Assembly (NCBI GenBank): GCA_964291265.2
Contig: OZ219747.1
Location: 2,976,001 to 3,040,000, forward strand
Source of the DNA: Alphaproteobacteria bacterium
GTDB taxonomy: Bacteria > Pseudomonadota > Alphaproteobacteria > SP197
DNA length: 64,000 nucleotides
Reading direction: 5' to 3'
Shown here: piece after piece, positions 9,856-19,561 of the stretch
Position numbering within the stretch: the first letter of the stretch is position 1
Layout: every line of letters starts with the position of its first letter
Made by a program: the position numbers and the translations under genes
The notes under the pieces: generated by a model
What the model was told of the DNA's origin: nothing
The model's database searches: none
What the model saw: only the letters and a program-made list of their open reading frames with translations

Positions 9856-11478
9856 ATGTGGTATGTGTTTCGCGTCGCAGCACTGAGTCTCGCGGCTCTC
9901 CTTGCCGTTGCCATGGCGGCACTGGGCACCGATGCGGGATTCCGGGCCCATGCCTGGGTCCTGGCTTTCGCTCTCGGTCTCGCCATCATCATCGTGTTGC
10001 GGACGATTCCCTTTGGCGGGGCAGTCGCCGCACCGGAGACCGGCTACCTCAATTCAGTGGTGCGTTGCGGTGTCATGGCCACCGTGTTCTGGGCCCTGGC
10101 CGGACTGCTGGTCGGCGTGGTGATCGCGGCACAACTGGCCTGGCCCGATCTCAACGTGGCGCCGTGGTTCACGTTCGGCCGCCTGCGGCCACTGCACACA
10201 TCGGCAGTGATCTTCGCCTTCGGCGGCAATGCGCTGATCGCCACGAGCTTCCATGTGGTGCAGCGGACCTGCCGGGCCCGGCTTGCCTTTGCCCCTCTCG
10301 CATGGTTCGTGTTCTGGGGCTACCAGCTCTTCATCGTCCTGGCAGCCACCGGCTACCTGTTCGGCATCACGCAATCCAAGGAGTACGCGGAACCCGAATG
10401 GTACGTGGACCTGTGGCTCACGGCTGTCTGGGTGGCCTATCTGGCGGTTTTTCTTGGAACAATCATGCGCCGCAAGGAACCGCACATCTATGTCGCCAAC
10501 TGGTTCTACCTGTCGTTCATTGTGACCGTGGCGATGCTTCATGTGGTCAACAACCTGGCACTGCCGGTCTCGTTTCTGGGCGCCAAGAGCTACGGCATCC
10601 ATGCCGGGGTCCAGGATGCCCTGACCCAGTGGTGGTACGGACACAATGCGGTCGGTTTCTTCCTGACCGCCGGTTTCCTCGGCATGATGTACTACTTCGT
10701 GCCCAAGCAGGCCAACCGGCCTGTCTACTCCTACCGCCTGTCGATCGTGCATTTCTGGTCACTCATTTTCCTCTACATCTGGGCCGGACCCCATCACCTC
10801 CACTACACGGCGCTTCCCGACTGGGCACAGACCCTCGGCATGGTCTTCTCGGTGATGCTGTGGATGCCGTCATGGGGTGGCATGATCAACGGACTGATGA
10901 CGCTGTCAGGCGCCTGGGACAAGATCAGGACCGATCCCATCATCCGCATGATGGTCCTTGCCCTGGCGTTCTACGGCATGGCGACATTCGAGGGGCCCGT
11001 CATGTCGATCAAGGCGGTGAACTCGCTCAGCCACTACACCGACTGGACGATCGGCCATGTCCATTCCGGAGCCCTGGGATGGGTCGGCATGATCTCCTTC
11101 GCCGCTCTCTACTTCATGGTGCCACGCCTGTGGGGGAGGGAGAGGCTCTACAGCCTGCGCATGATCAACTGGCATTTCTGGCTGGCCACCGCCGGGATTG
11201 TCGTCTACGCCGCGGTCATGTGGGTCTCGGGCATCCAGCAGGGGCTGATGTGGCGCGAGTACGACGACCAGGGCTTCCTTGTCTATTCCTTCGCCGAGAC
11301 CGTTTCAGCCATGCATCCCTACTACGTGCTCCGCACCCTGGGCGGGCTTCTCTATCTTGCCGGCGCCGTGATCATGACCTGGAACCTGTGGATGACGATC
11401 CGCGGACGGATACGCGATGAAGCACCCCTTGCGATAGGGACTTCCGGGACGGCCGATATCGCGGTTTCAGCGCGATGA
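9856..11478 (+). CDS. ccoN: cbb3-type cytochrome c oxidase subunit I
   Basis: [52 protein letters not shown]. Confidence 0.97.
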   Translation: MWYVFRVAALSLAALLAVAMAALGTDAGFRAHAWVLAFALGLAIIIVLRTIPFGGAVAAPETGYLNSVVRCGVMATVFWALAGLLVGVVIAAQLAWPDLNVAPWFTFGRLRPLHTSAVIFAFGGNALIATSFHVVQRTCRARLAFAPLAWFVFWGYQLFIVLAATGYLFGITQSKEYAEPEWYVDLWLTAVWVAYLAVFLGTIMRRKEPHIYVANWFYLSFIVTVAMLHVVNNLALPVSFLGAKSYGIHAGVQDALTQWWYGHNAVGFFLTAGFLGMMYYFVPKQANRPVYSYRLSIVHFWSLIFLYIWAGPHHLHYTALPDWAQTLGMVFSVMLWMPSWGGMINGLMTLSGAWDKIRTDPIIRMMVLALAFYGMATFEGPVMSIKAVNSLSHYTDWTIGHVHSGALGWVGMISFAALYFMVPRLWGRERLYSLRMINWHFWLATAGIVVYAAVMWVSGIQQGLMWREYDDQGFLVYSFAETVSAMHPYYVLRTLGGLLYLAGAVIMTWNLWMTIRGRIRDEAPLAIGTSGTADIAVSAR

Positions 11479-12200
11479 AGCTCCGCCACGCCACGCTCGA
11501 ACGCCATGCCCTGTGGTTGCTGGCTGCGAGTTTCCTCGTCGTCACTGTGGGAGGCATCGTCGAGATCGCACCCCTCTTCTATCTCGACAACACCATCGAG
11601 AAGGTGCGGGGCATGCGTCCCTACACGCCGCTGGAGCTGAAAGGGCGCAACATCTATGTGCGCGAGGGCTGCCATGTCTGCCACAGTCAGATGATTCGTC
11701 CGTTTCGCGACGAGGTGGAGCGTTACGGGCACTTTTCCCTGGCTGCGGAATCGATGTGGGATCGTCCCTTCCAGTGGGGATCCAAGCGGACGGGTCCTGA
11801 CCTTGCGCGTACCGGTGGCCGCTATTCGGACGAATGGCACGTGCAGCACATGATCGCACCGCGTTCGATTGTACCGGAGTCGGTGATGCCGGATTATCCA
11901 CACCTTCTCGCCACCGATCTGTTCGTGGATGACGTGGCATCCCATCTTGAGGTCCAGTCGACGCTCGGCGTTCCCTACACCGAGGACATGGTCGCCCATG
12001 CCATGGACGACCTGCTGGCGCAAGGCGATCCGGATCGCGATTTCGATGGGCTCATCGAACGTTACGGGGACGTTGCGGTGCGCGATTTTGATGGTCAGCC
12101 CCGGCGCCTGACGGAGATGGATGCACTGGTTGCCTACATGCAGATGCTGGGAACTCTGGTTGATTTCAGTTCCTTCCGCGCGGAAGACATCGAACGGTAG
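11475..12200 (+). CDS. ccoO: cbb3-type cytochrome c oxidase subunit II
   Basis: [28 protein letters not shown]. Confidence 0.97.
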   Translation: MKLRHATLERHALWLLAASFLVVTVGGIVEIAPLFYLDNTIEKVRGMRPYTPLELKGRNIYVREGCHVCHSQMIRPFRDEVERYGHFSLAAESMWDRPFQWGSKRTGPDLARTGGRYSDEWHVQHMIAPRSIVPESVMPDYPHLLATDLFVDDVASHLEVQSTLGVPYTEDMVAHAMDDLLAQGDPDRDFDGLIERYGDVAVRDFDGQPRRLTEMDALVAYMQMLGTLVDFSSFRAEDIER

Positions 12201-12208
12201 GGACGGCG

Positions 12209-12373
12209 ATGGACTATCAGAGCCTGAGAAGCTTTGCCGACAGCTGGGGGCTCGTCTATCTCGTCGTCGCCTTCGTCGCCGTCGTCCTGTTCATCTACCT
12301 GCGTCCGGGGTCCCGCCGCAGGGCCGAGGAGGCCGCGCACATTCCCCTCTGCGAGGATGACGACAATGAGTGA
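12209..12373 (+). CDS. ccoQ: cbb3-type cytochrome c oxidase subunit IV
   Basis: Manual translation MDYQSLRSFADSWGLVYLVVAFVAVVLFIYLRPGSRRRAEEAAHIPL; position between ccoO and ccoP. Confidence 0.9.
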   Translation: MDYQSLRSFADSWGLVYLVVAFVAVVLFIYLRPGSRRRAEEAAHIPLCEDDDNE

Positions 12374-13223
12374 CGACGCCGACCAACACGGTGTCAGGGA
12401 TCACGAGTGGGACGGCATCAGGGAACTCGACACGCCCTTGCCGAGGTGGTGGTTGTGGATTTTCTACGCAACCGTCATCTGGGCAGTCATCTACTGCATT
12501 CTCTACCCCTCCATTCCACTCATCGATGACGCGACCAGCGGCGTTCTGGGCTATTCGAGCCGGGGCGAGCTGGCCCGGACCATGGAGGAGGTCGAACGCT
12601 CGCGTGCCGGAACCATGGAAGAGATCGCAGGGGCGGATCTTGCCGAAATCCGGGCCGACGAGACCTTGGCAACCTTCGCCATTGCCGGTGGCGCGTCTGC
12701 ATTCAGGGTGCATTGCACGCAGTGCCACGGCTCCGGCGCCAGCGGTTCCATCGGCTACCCCAACCTCAACGACGACGACTGGATCTGGGGTGGGTCACTC
12801 GAGGACATCTACCGGACCATCAGCTATGGCGTGCGTGACGATGCGATGGACGACACGCGTTACATGGACATGCCGGCATTCGGTCTCGACGGATTTCTCT
12901 CGTCCGGCGAAATACGGGATGTCACGGCCTACGTCATGTCGCTTTCGGGCGGGGCGGCACATCGGGGTGACGCCGCGGCCGGAAGAGGACTCTACCTCGA
13001 CAACTGCGCCCAGTGCCACGGCGAAACCGGCGAGGGAATGCGCGAGTTCGGCGCTCCGCGACTCTCCGACCCCATCTGGCTCTACGGGGCCGCTGAAGAA
13101 GAGATTAGGCGGCAGATCTTCGCGGCGTCCCACGGCGTGATGCCGGCCTGGAAAGAGCGATTGGGGGAGGGTGTGGTCAAGCAGCTCACGCTCTATGTGC
13201 ACAGCCTGGGAGGCGGCGAATAG
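12366..13223 (+). CDS. ccoP: cbb3-type cytochrome c oxidase subunit III
   Basis: HEWDGIRELDTPLPRWW; two CxxCH (CTQCH, CAQCH). Confidence 0.95.
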   Translation: MSDDADQHGVRDHEWDGIRELDTPLPRWWLWIFYATVIWAVIYCILYPSIPLIDDATSGVLGYSSRGELARTMEEVERSRAGTMEEIAGADLAEIRADETLATFAIAGGASAFRVHCTQCHGSGASGSIGYPNLNDDDWIWGGSLEDIYRTISYGVRDDAMDDTRYMDMPAFGLDGFLSSGEIRDVTAYVMSLSGGAAHRGDAAAGRGLYLDNCAQCHGETGEGMREFGAPRLSDPIWLYGAAEEEIRRQIFAASHGVMPAWKERLGEGVVKQLTLYVHSLGGGE

Positions 13224-13236
13224 CCGGTCGTCGGGA

Positions 13237-14778
13237 ATGACCGTGAGCGACGCGCCCGAAGTCATCGACGCGAGCCCGGTCGATCACCATCGCAAGGGCC
13301 CACTCTATGCCCCGCGCTGGCGCATTCACCCCAAGAGGGTCCAGGGGCGTTTCCGCCGCCTCAAGTGGTGGATCATGGGGGTGACGATGGCCGTCTACTA
13401 CGTCACCCCGTGGCTGCGCTGGGACAGAGGTCCCCATGTTTCCGACCAGGCCGTTCTCGTGGACCTGGAAAACCGACGGTTCTTTTTCTTTTTCATTGAG
13501 ATATGGCCCCACGAACTCTACTTTGTCGCCGGACTTCTGGTCATGGCCGGCCTCGGTCTGTTCCTCGTTACCTCGACCGTCGGGCGGGCCTGGTGCGGCT
13601 ACACCTGCCCGCAGACAGTCTGGGTCGACCTGTTTCTTGCCGTGGAGGGGTTCGTCGAGGGCGACAGGCTGAAACGAATCCGTCTCGACGGTGCGCCCTG
13701 GACCTTCGACAAGCTGCGCAAACGGGTCTTCAAGCATGCCGTTTGGTTGCTGATTGCCGTGGCCACCGGCGGTGCCTGGATCTTCTACTTCGCCGATGCC
13801 CCCACTCTCGCCGCGGCCCTTGTGACGGCCGACGCGCCTGCCATCGCCTACACGACCGTCGCCTTCCTGACGGCCACGACCTATGTGCTGGGCGGGCTGC
13901 TGAGGGAGCAGGTCTGCGTCTACATGTGTCCGTGGCCTCGCATACAGGGAGCCATGCTGGACGAGCATTCACTGACGGTGACCTACAATGAATGGCGCGG
14001 CGAACCGCGGTCGCGCCATGTCAGACGCCATGAACACTCGTCGACCGGTGACTGTGTCGACTGCAATGCCTGTGTTGCCGTCTGCCCCATGGGTATCGAC
14101 ATCCGCGAGGGGCAGCAGTTCGAGTGCATCACCTGCGCCCTGTGCATGGATGCCTGCGATCACGTGATGCAGAAGCTGGAGCGCCCGGAAGGGCTGATTT
14201 CCTATGCAACACTTGCTGACCATGAGGTCAACATGGCACTGGCGCGCAAGGGCGACGGAACGATCGATCCGGCGCGGGTCCGGGATGGCAAGGGTGACCT
14301 GATTGCCGCCGTGCGCCGGATGTCGCTGCGCCGGCTGATTCGTCCGCGGACCATGGCCTACACTGCCGCCTGGACGGCCATCGGACTTGTCATGATCGCC
14401 ATTCTCATGACGCGGGACCGTGTCGACCTTCATGTGGTCCACGATCGCAACCCGGTGTTTGTCCAGTTGACCGACGGCGCCATCCGCAACGGCTACACCG
14501 TCAAGGTCCTCAACATGCGCCCGGAACCCCGCGAGTTCCGCCTCAGCACCCTTGAGCCTCCAGGCGTCCTTCTGCGCAGCGCCGGTTCGACAGAGCAGCC
14601 GGCACCGACCCTCACCCTTGCCGCTGCCGCCGATTCCCTTGAGGCGAGGAAGATCTTCCTGCGGCTTCCCCGCGAAGATCTAGGCCAGGCCCGCGTTCCC
14701 GTTGTCTTTGTCATCGAGGACCTGGAGGACGGCACCAGTGCCGGTTACGAGGCCGTATTCGAAGGGCCGCCGCCATGA
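13237..14778 (+). CDS. ccoG: Cytochrome c oxidase accessory protein CcoG/FixG
   Basis: GRAWCGYTCPQTVW, CVYMCPWPRIQ, CVDCNACVAVCPMGIDIR, CITCALCMDAC. Confidence 0.95.
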   Translation: MTVSDAPEVIDASPVDHHRKGPLYAPRWRIHPKRVQGRFRRLKWWIMGVTMAVYYVTPWLRWDRGPHVSDQAVLVDLENRRFFFFFIEIWPHELYFVAGLLVMAGLGLFLVTSTVGRAWCGYTCPQTVWVDLFLAVEGFVEGDRLKRIRLDGAPWTFDKLRKRVFKHAVWLLIAVATGGAWIFYFADAPTLAAALVTADAPAIAYTTVAFLTATTYVLGGLLREQVCVYMCPWPRIQGAMLDEHSLTVTYNEWRGEPRSRHVRRHEHSSTGDCVDCNACVAVCPMGIDIREGQQFECITCALCMDACDHVMQKLERPEGLISYATLADHEVNMALARKGDGTIDPARVRDGKGDLIAAVRRMSLRRLIRPRTMAYTAAWTAIGLVMIAILMTRDRVDLHVVHDRNPVFVQLTDGAIRNGYTVKVLNMRPEPREFRLSTLEPPGVLLRSAGSTEQPAPTLTLAAAADSLEARKIFLRLPREDLGQARVPVVFVIEDLEDGTSAGYEAVFEGPPP

Positions 14779-15254
14779 CGGCGCCTCGAACCATCACCGG
14801 TCGTCACGTCCTGTGGGTATTCGTGGCTTTCTTCGGAGCCATTGTCGCCGTCAATCTGGCCCTCGCTGTCATTGCCGAGAGAAACTGGACCGGGCTTGTG
14901 GTTCCGTCGAGTCATGTTGCTGGCCAGCGTTTCAACGAGCATCTCGCCGCGGCGGCAAGGCAGGCCGAGCTTGGCTGGCGGGGTACGCTGGTGGTGGACG
15001 GCGATCGTCTGGGTTTCACTCTGGTGGACAGTCAGGGAGAACCGGTTGCGATGGTCCTTGCCCTCGTGACGCTCGAACGACCGGTCGGTACCGACGACGA
15101 TCCCGGAACCATCGCCATGACGGTCACCGGCGGACAGGCCAGCCTTGATGTCCCGTTGCCGACAGGTGTGTGGAACGTGAGAGTCGAGGCCACGGCCTCC
15201 TCCGGTGACAGGTTCCGGCTTGACGACCGGATCAACGTCCGTGACAGGACCTGA
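14775..15254 (+). CDS. ccoH: FixH/CcoH family protein
   Basis: TGRHVL..FVAFFGAIVAVN...WTGLVV; operon position. Confidence 0.85.
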   Translation: MTAPRTITGRHVLWVFVAFFGAIVAVNLALAVIAERNWTGLVVPSSHVAGQRFNEHLAAAARQAELGWRGTLVVDGDRLGFTLVDSQGEPVAMVLALVTLERPVGTDDDPGTIAMTVTGGQASLDVPLPTGVWNVRVEATASSGDRFRLDDRINVRDRT

Positions 15255-17391
15255 GGGAGTCCTGGACCGACCTCCTGGAGAGGTGATGCTCGCGGTCCCT
15301 GCCATGCACTGTGGCGCCTGCATGCGGACCATCGAAGAAGGCCTCGGCCGCATGCCCGGCATCCTGCAGGCCAGGGTCAATCTGACAAGGCGCCAGGTGC
15401 GCGTGGTTTTCGACGAGGCGTCCCTGTCGGACAGTCAGGTCATCGACTCCCTCAAGGCCCTCGGGTATGCCGCCCACCGGGCGGGCGACGACGATCTGGC
15501 GCGACACGACGAGGCCCGCTACCGCAGGTTGGTGCTGTCGCTTGCCGTGTCGGGGTTTGCTGCCGGCAACATCATGCTGCTCTCCGTGTCCATATGGTCG
15601 GGGGCCGGCGAGTCGACGAGGGAGCTGTTTCACTGGATTTCGGCGCTGATCGCCATCCCCGCCGTCCTCTGGGCTGGCCAGCCATTCTTTTCGAGCGCCG
15701 CGGGCGCTCTGAAGGTCCGGCGTCTCAACATGGATGTGCCCGTCTCCCTGGCCATCCTCCTTGCCCTCGTCCTGTCGTCCATCGAGACCCTGAACGGCGG
15801 CGAACATGCCTGGTTCGATGCTGCAGTGACGCTCCTCTTCTTCCTGCTCATCGGTCGCACCCTTGACCACCTGATGCGCCGACGGGCGGTCGGAGCCGCC
15901 GCCTTGCTGTCGCGCCTCGTACCTCGTCATGCGGTCGTGGTGGCGCCCGACGGGAGCGAGGCCAGGGTCGAGGTGGATCGGGTGCGCCCCGGTGACATGG
16001 TGCTCATTCATCCGCAGGAGAGGATCCCGGTGGATGGCACGCTCGTTGATCTGCACGCGCTTGTCGATACGAGCCTAGTGACGGGAGAGGCCGAACCGGT
16101 CTCGCTCAGGGAGGGCGCATCCTTGCTCTCCGGAATGCTCAATCTCGGCAGCACCCTGAGTTTGCGGGCCAGCCGCGAGGCGTCGGAGAGTTTCGTCGCC
16201 AACATGACGCGCATGATGGAAGAAGCGGAATCGGCAAGATTGCGCTACCGCCGCCTGTCGGATCGTGCGGCGGCGCTCTATGCGCCCCTGGTTCACGCTC
16301 TTGCCGCCCTCGCCTTCGTGGTATGGTGGAGCTTCACCGGCGATGCTTGGCGTGCCGCCTACACGGCCATCACGGTCCTCATCATCACCTGTCCCTGCGC
16401 CCTTGCCCTTGCCGTTCCCATGGTGCAGGTCGTCGCCTCGTCGGTGCTCTTCCGTTCCGGGCTCCTGCTGCGCAACGGCGTTGCCCTCGAACGCCTGGCG
16501 CGGGTCAACCGGGTGGTCTTCGACAAGACGGGAACCCTGACCGGCGGTCTGCAGGTGGTCGGCGGGGAGGGCGTCTGCGACGAGGCTCTGGGACTGGCGG
16601 CCCGCCTGGCCACGGCGTCACATCACCCGCGATCCCGAGCGATCCTTGAACTGGCGGCACGGCGTGACGTGAAGCCTGCGGGGATGGGTTCGCTGCAGGA
16701 GGTTCCGGGGTGCGGTGTCGAGATGGCCGACAACGATGGACTCGTGCGTCTTGGCCGCCCCGACTGGGCACATGGTGGCGAAGACGATACGAACGGCGCC
16801 ACGGTGTTGACGGTTGATGGCGATGTGCTGGCGGAGTTCCGATTTGTCGAGACCCTTCGCAGGGACGCAGGGGAGGCGGTCGAAGAACTCGCCGCAATGG
16901 GGCTTGTCAGCGAGGTCGTCTCCGGTGATGTCTCATCGAGGGTTCTTGATCTTGCTGGTCGTCTCTCGCTTGAACGCCTGACCGGTGATGCCCGCCCGGC
17001 CGACAAGACGGCACGGCTCGCCGAACTCCAAAGCCGGGGGGGCCACGTGTTGATGGTCGGAGACGGTCTCAACGACGGCCCTGCACTGACGGCTGCCCAT
17101 GCCTCCATGGCACCCTCTCATGCCGCAGATGTCAGCCGCCAGGCGACTGACATCGTTTTTCTGGGCAAGACCCTGCGATCGGTCCCCTTCGCCATTCGCC
17201 TGGCAAGGAGGGCGAGGATGCTGATGCTGCAGAATCTCGGTCTTTCGGCATTGTACAATGCGATCGCGGTACCAGTGGCCTTCCTCGGTCTCGCCACGCC
17301 CCTGGTCGCAGCAATCGCCATGTCGGTCTCATCCCTGGTGGTGACCGCGAACGCCCTGCGGCTTCTTCTCACGACACCTCTCGAGAGATGA
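15241..17391 (+). CDS. ccoI: Copper-translocating P-type ATPase FixI/CcoI
   Basis: HMA CGAC, TGE, CPC, DKTGT, GDGLND; start approximate. Confidence 0.92.
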   Translation: MTGPEGVLDRPPGEVMLAVPAMHCGACMRTIEEGLGRMPGILQARVNLTRRQVRVVFDEASLSDSQVIDSLKALGYAAHRAGDDDLARHDEARYRRLVLSLAVSGFAAGNIMLLSVSIWSGAGESTRELFHWISALIAIPAVLWAGQPFFSSAAGALKVRRLNMDVPVSLAILLALVLSSIETLNGGEHAWFDAAVTLLFFLLIGRTLDHLMRRRAVGAAALLSRLVPRHAVVVAPDGSEARVEVDRVRPGDMVLIHPQERIPVDGTLVDLHALVDTSLVTGEAEPVSLREGASLLSGMLNLGSTLSLRASREASESFVANMTRMMEEAESARLRYRRLSDRAAALYAPLVHALAALAFVVWWSFTGDAWRAAYTAITVLIITCPCALALAVPMVQVVASSVLFRSGLLLRNGVALERLARVNRVVFDKTGTLTGGLQVVGGEGVCDEALGLAARLATASHHPRSRAILELAARRDVKPAGMGSLQEVPGCGVEMADNDGLVRLGRPDWAHGGEDDTNGATVLTVDGDVLAEFRFVETLRRDAGEAVEELAAMGLVSEVVSGDVSSRVLDLAGRLSLERLTGDARPADKTARLAELQSRGGHVLMVGDGLNDGPALTAAHASMAPSHAADVSRQATDIVFLGKTLRSVPFAIRLARRARMLMLQNLGLSALYNAIAVPVAFLGLATPLVAAIAMSVSSLVVTANALRLLLTTPLER

Positions 17392-17558
17392 GCGGTCTTG
17401 TCATTCTCATTCCCGTCGCCCTGCTGCTCGGCGCCCTTGGCCTCGCCGCATTCTTCTGGGCGCTCAGGAACGGACAGTACGATGATCCCGGCGGTTCGGC
17501 CGAACGCATTCTTGACGATGACCGGGAGAATCGGGACCCACCCGAGACCTGGCCATGA
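17388..17558 (+). CDS. ccoS: cbb3 oxidase maturation protein CcoS/FixS
   Basis: Manual translation MSGLVILIPVALLLGALGLAAFFWALRNGQYDDPGGSAERIL. Confidence 0.9.
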   Translation: MSGLVILIPVALLLGALGLAAFFWALRNGQYDDPGGSAERILDDDRENRDPPETWP

Positions 17559-17673
17559 ACCGGACATCATGGCGGGCGGCATGGAACGGCCTCGTCAGCT
17601 ATGCCGGAATTCGCTCGATTCACCCCCCGGCAGGTCCATGACGATCCTCCGGGCCGGCGCCCATCCCATGTTC

Positions 17674-18432
17674 TCAGCGACTCATGATCGATGGCAGCGG
17701 CAGCTTCGATCGACGACCGCCGTCGATGGCGATGACCTGCCCCGTGACAAAGCGTGCCTCGTCGCCGGCCAGCCAGGCGACGACATCGCCGACATCTGCC
17801 GGATCGCCGATATGGCCGACCGGGTGCAGTCTGGCCAGTTCGGCGGTCACGAGATCACGGTCGGGATGGGCTTCGACATAGGCCTTGTTGAGATCGGTGT
17901 CGATCCAACCAGGCGCCACTGCGTTGCAACGAATGCCATGGGGCCCAAGGTCGACGGCCAGCGCGACGGTCAGGCCGTGGATCCCGGCCTTGGAGGCGGC
18001 ATAGGCGGCATGGTTGGGGTTGCACGCCATCCCCTCCACCGAGCCGATGTTGACGATCGCGCCGCCACCGCGCGCTGTCATCATCGGCACCAGGTGCTTC
18101 GCCATCAGGAAAGGGCCGCGCAGGTTGATCGACATCATGCGGTCCCAGTCGGCCGCGCTCTGCTCGGCGAGGGACTTCTCGAACATGATGCCTGCGTTGT
18201 TGACCAGGATGTCGACACCACCTTCGGACGAGACGGCCGAGGCGAAACGGACAATCGAATTCTCGTCGGCGACGTCCAGCGACTTCCAGGCCACTCCCTC
18301 GTGCAGGGGTCTCTGCAAGTCTCCGGCCACAACGCTTGCGCCGGCCTTGATCAGGCGTCGACAGATCGCCAGTCCGATTCCCTGCGCGCCGCCCGTGACC
18401 ACGGCGCACCTGCCGGCCAGGGGCGCCTTCAT
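17674..18432 (-). CDS. SDR family oxidoreductase
   Basis: TGGAQGIG, NNAG, YAASK. Confidence 0.9.
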   Translation of the reverse strand: MKAPLAGRCAVVTGGAQGIGLAICRRLIKAGASVVAGDLQRPLHEGVAWKSLDVADENSIVRFASAVSSEGGVDILVNNAGIMFEKSLAEQSAADWDRMMSINLRGPFLMAKHLVPMMTARGGGAIVNIGSVEGMACNPNHAAYAASKAGIHGLTVALAVDLGPHGIRCNAVAPGWIDTDLNKAYVEAHPDRDLVTAELARLHPVGHIGDPADVGDVVAWLAGDEARFVTGQVIAIDGGRRSKLPLPSIMSR

Positions 18433-19199
18433 TGTGCCGTGTACCCGCCATCGACGGGAATCGCGGCTCCCGTCATGTGCAGGCAGTCGTCGCTGGCCAG
18501 GAAGACGATCAACCGGGCGACTTCCTCGGGCCGGGGGACACGCGCCTGTGGAATGCGCTCGCGGCTGCGCGCATGCACCTCGTCCGGCGTGTTGCCATCG
18601 CCATGGTGTCCCGACACCAGCATCGGCGTGTCGACAGCGCCCGGACACACCGCATTCACCCGGATTCCGTCCGTGGCGTGATCGAGTGCCAGGGCCCGGG
18701 TGAGGTTCACCACGGCTCCCTTCGAAGCACAGTAGGCCGGCATGCCCGGCGTTCCGACAAGCCCGACGGTGGAGGCGACGTTGATGATCACGCCGCCGCC
18801 CTGATCGCGCATGGCCCGGATGGCTGCCCGCGCCATGAAGAACGTGCCGTCCAGATTGGTCGCCATGACCCGGCGCCAGGCCTCGTCATCGGTCCCGATA
18901 GCGTTTCCACGCCACATGACCCCGGCGACGTTGGCCAGCACATCCAGGCGGCCGAAATCGGAAACCGTGCGCGCGACCGCGTCGTCGCAAAAGGACGAAG
19001 CACTGACGTCACCCAGGAGGGTGGCTCCGTCGGAGCCTGCATCGTGCACGCGTTGCAGCACCGCCGCCGCCCTGTCGGCATCCCGGCCCGTGACCATGAC
19101 CCTGGCACCGGCGGCCGCGGCTGCCACTGCGGTCGCCGCGCCGATTCCCGATGTCGCTCCCGTGATCAACGCGACCCTGCCTCGAAGCACCTTGCTCAA
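18429..19199 (-). CDS. SDR family oxidoreductase
   Basis: TGATSGIG, YCASK; TTG start after GGGAG. Confidence 0.88.
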   Translation of the reverse strand: MSKVLRGRVALITGATSGIGAATAVAAAAAGARVMVTGRDADRAAAVLQRVHDAGSDGATLLGDVSASSFCDDAVARTVSDFGRLDVLANVAGVMWRGNAIGTDDEAWRRVMATNLDGTFFMARAAIRAMRDQGGGVIINVASTVGLVGTPGMPAYCASKGAVVNLTRALALDHATDGIRVNAVCPGAVDTPMLVSGHHGDGNTPDEVHARSRERIPQARVPRPEEVARLIVFLASDDCLHMTGAAIPVDGGYTAQ

Positions 19200-19561
19200 A
19201 GCTCCCGTCCTGCCCTGTAGCGACGAAAGGCGAAGTTGAAGGTAACGCCCCAACCCAGGAACGGTCTGGCCGGCAGGCGATCCGGGCGCCCTGCCGCCTG
19301 CATGTAAGCCAGGAGTTCCGATTCGCGCCCGATCGCCAGCTCGGCCAGCAGCTTGCCGCAGATCGTGCCGCGCGCGACACCGACGCCGTTGTGGCAGAAA
19401 CTGCCGTAGATTCCATCAGCCAGGGCGCCGAACACGGGTTGGCCGTTTCGCGACAGCGCGAGAGGCCCGCCCCAAGTGTACTCGAGGTCGACCTCCGGCA
19501 ACATCGGAAAGCGGTTGGCGAAGGATTTCCTGTGTGTGGTGCGGGCACGCAGCCGCCTTGC
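19196..19561 (-). pseudogene. 3' part of FAD-dependent oxidoreductase (DadA/PuuB-like) split by IS4
   Basis: RFPMLPEVDLEYTWGG...CHNGVGVARGT; rejoins in frame with 21993-22949 (EEAR|RLRARTTHRKSF). Confidence 0.85.
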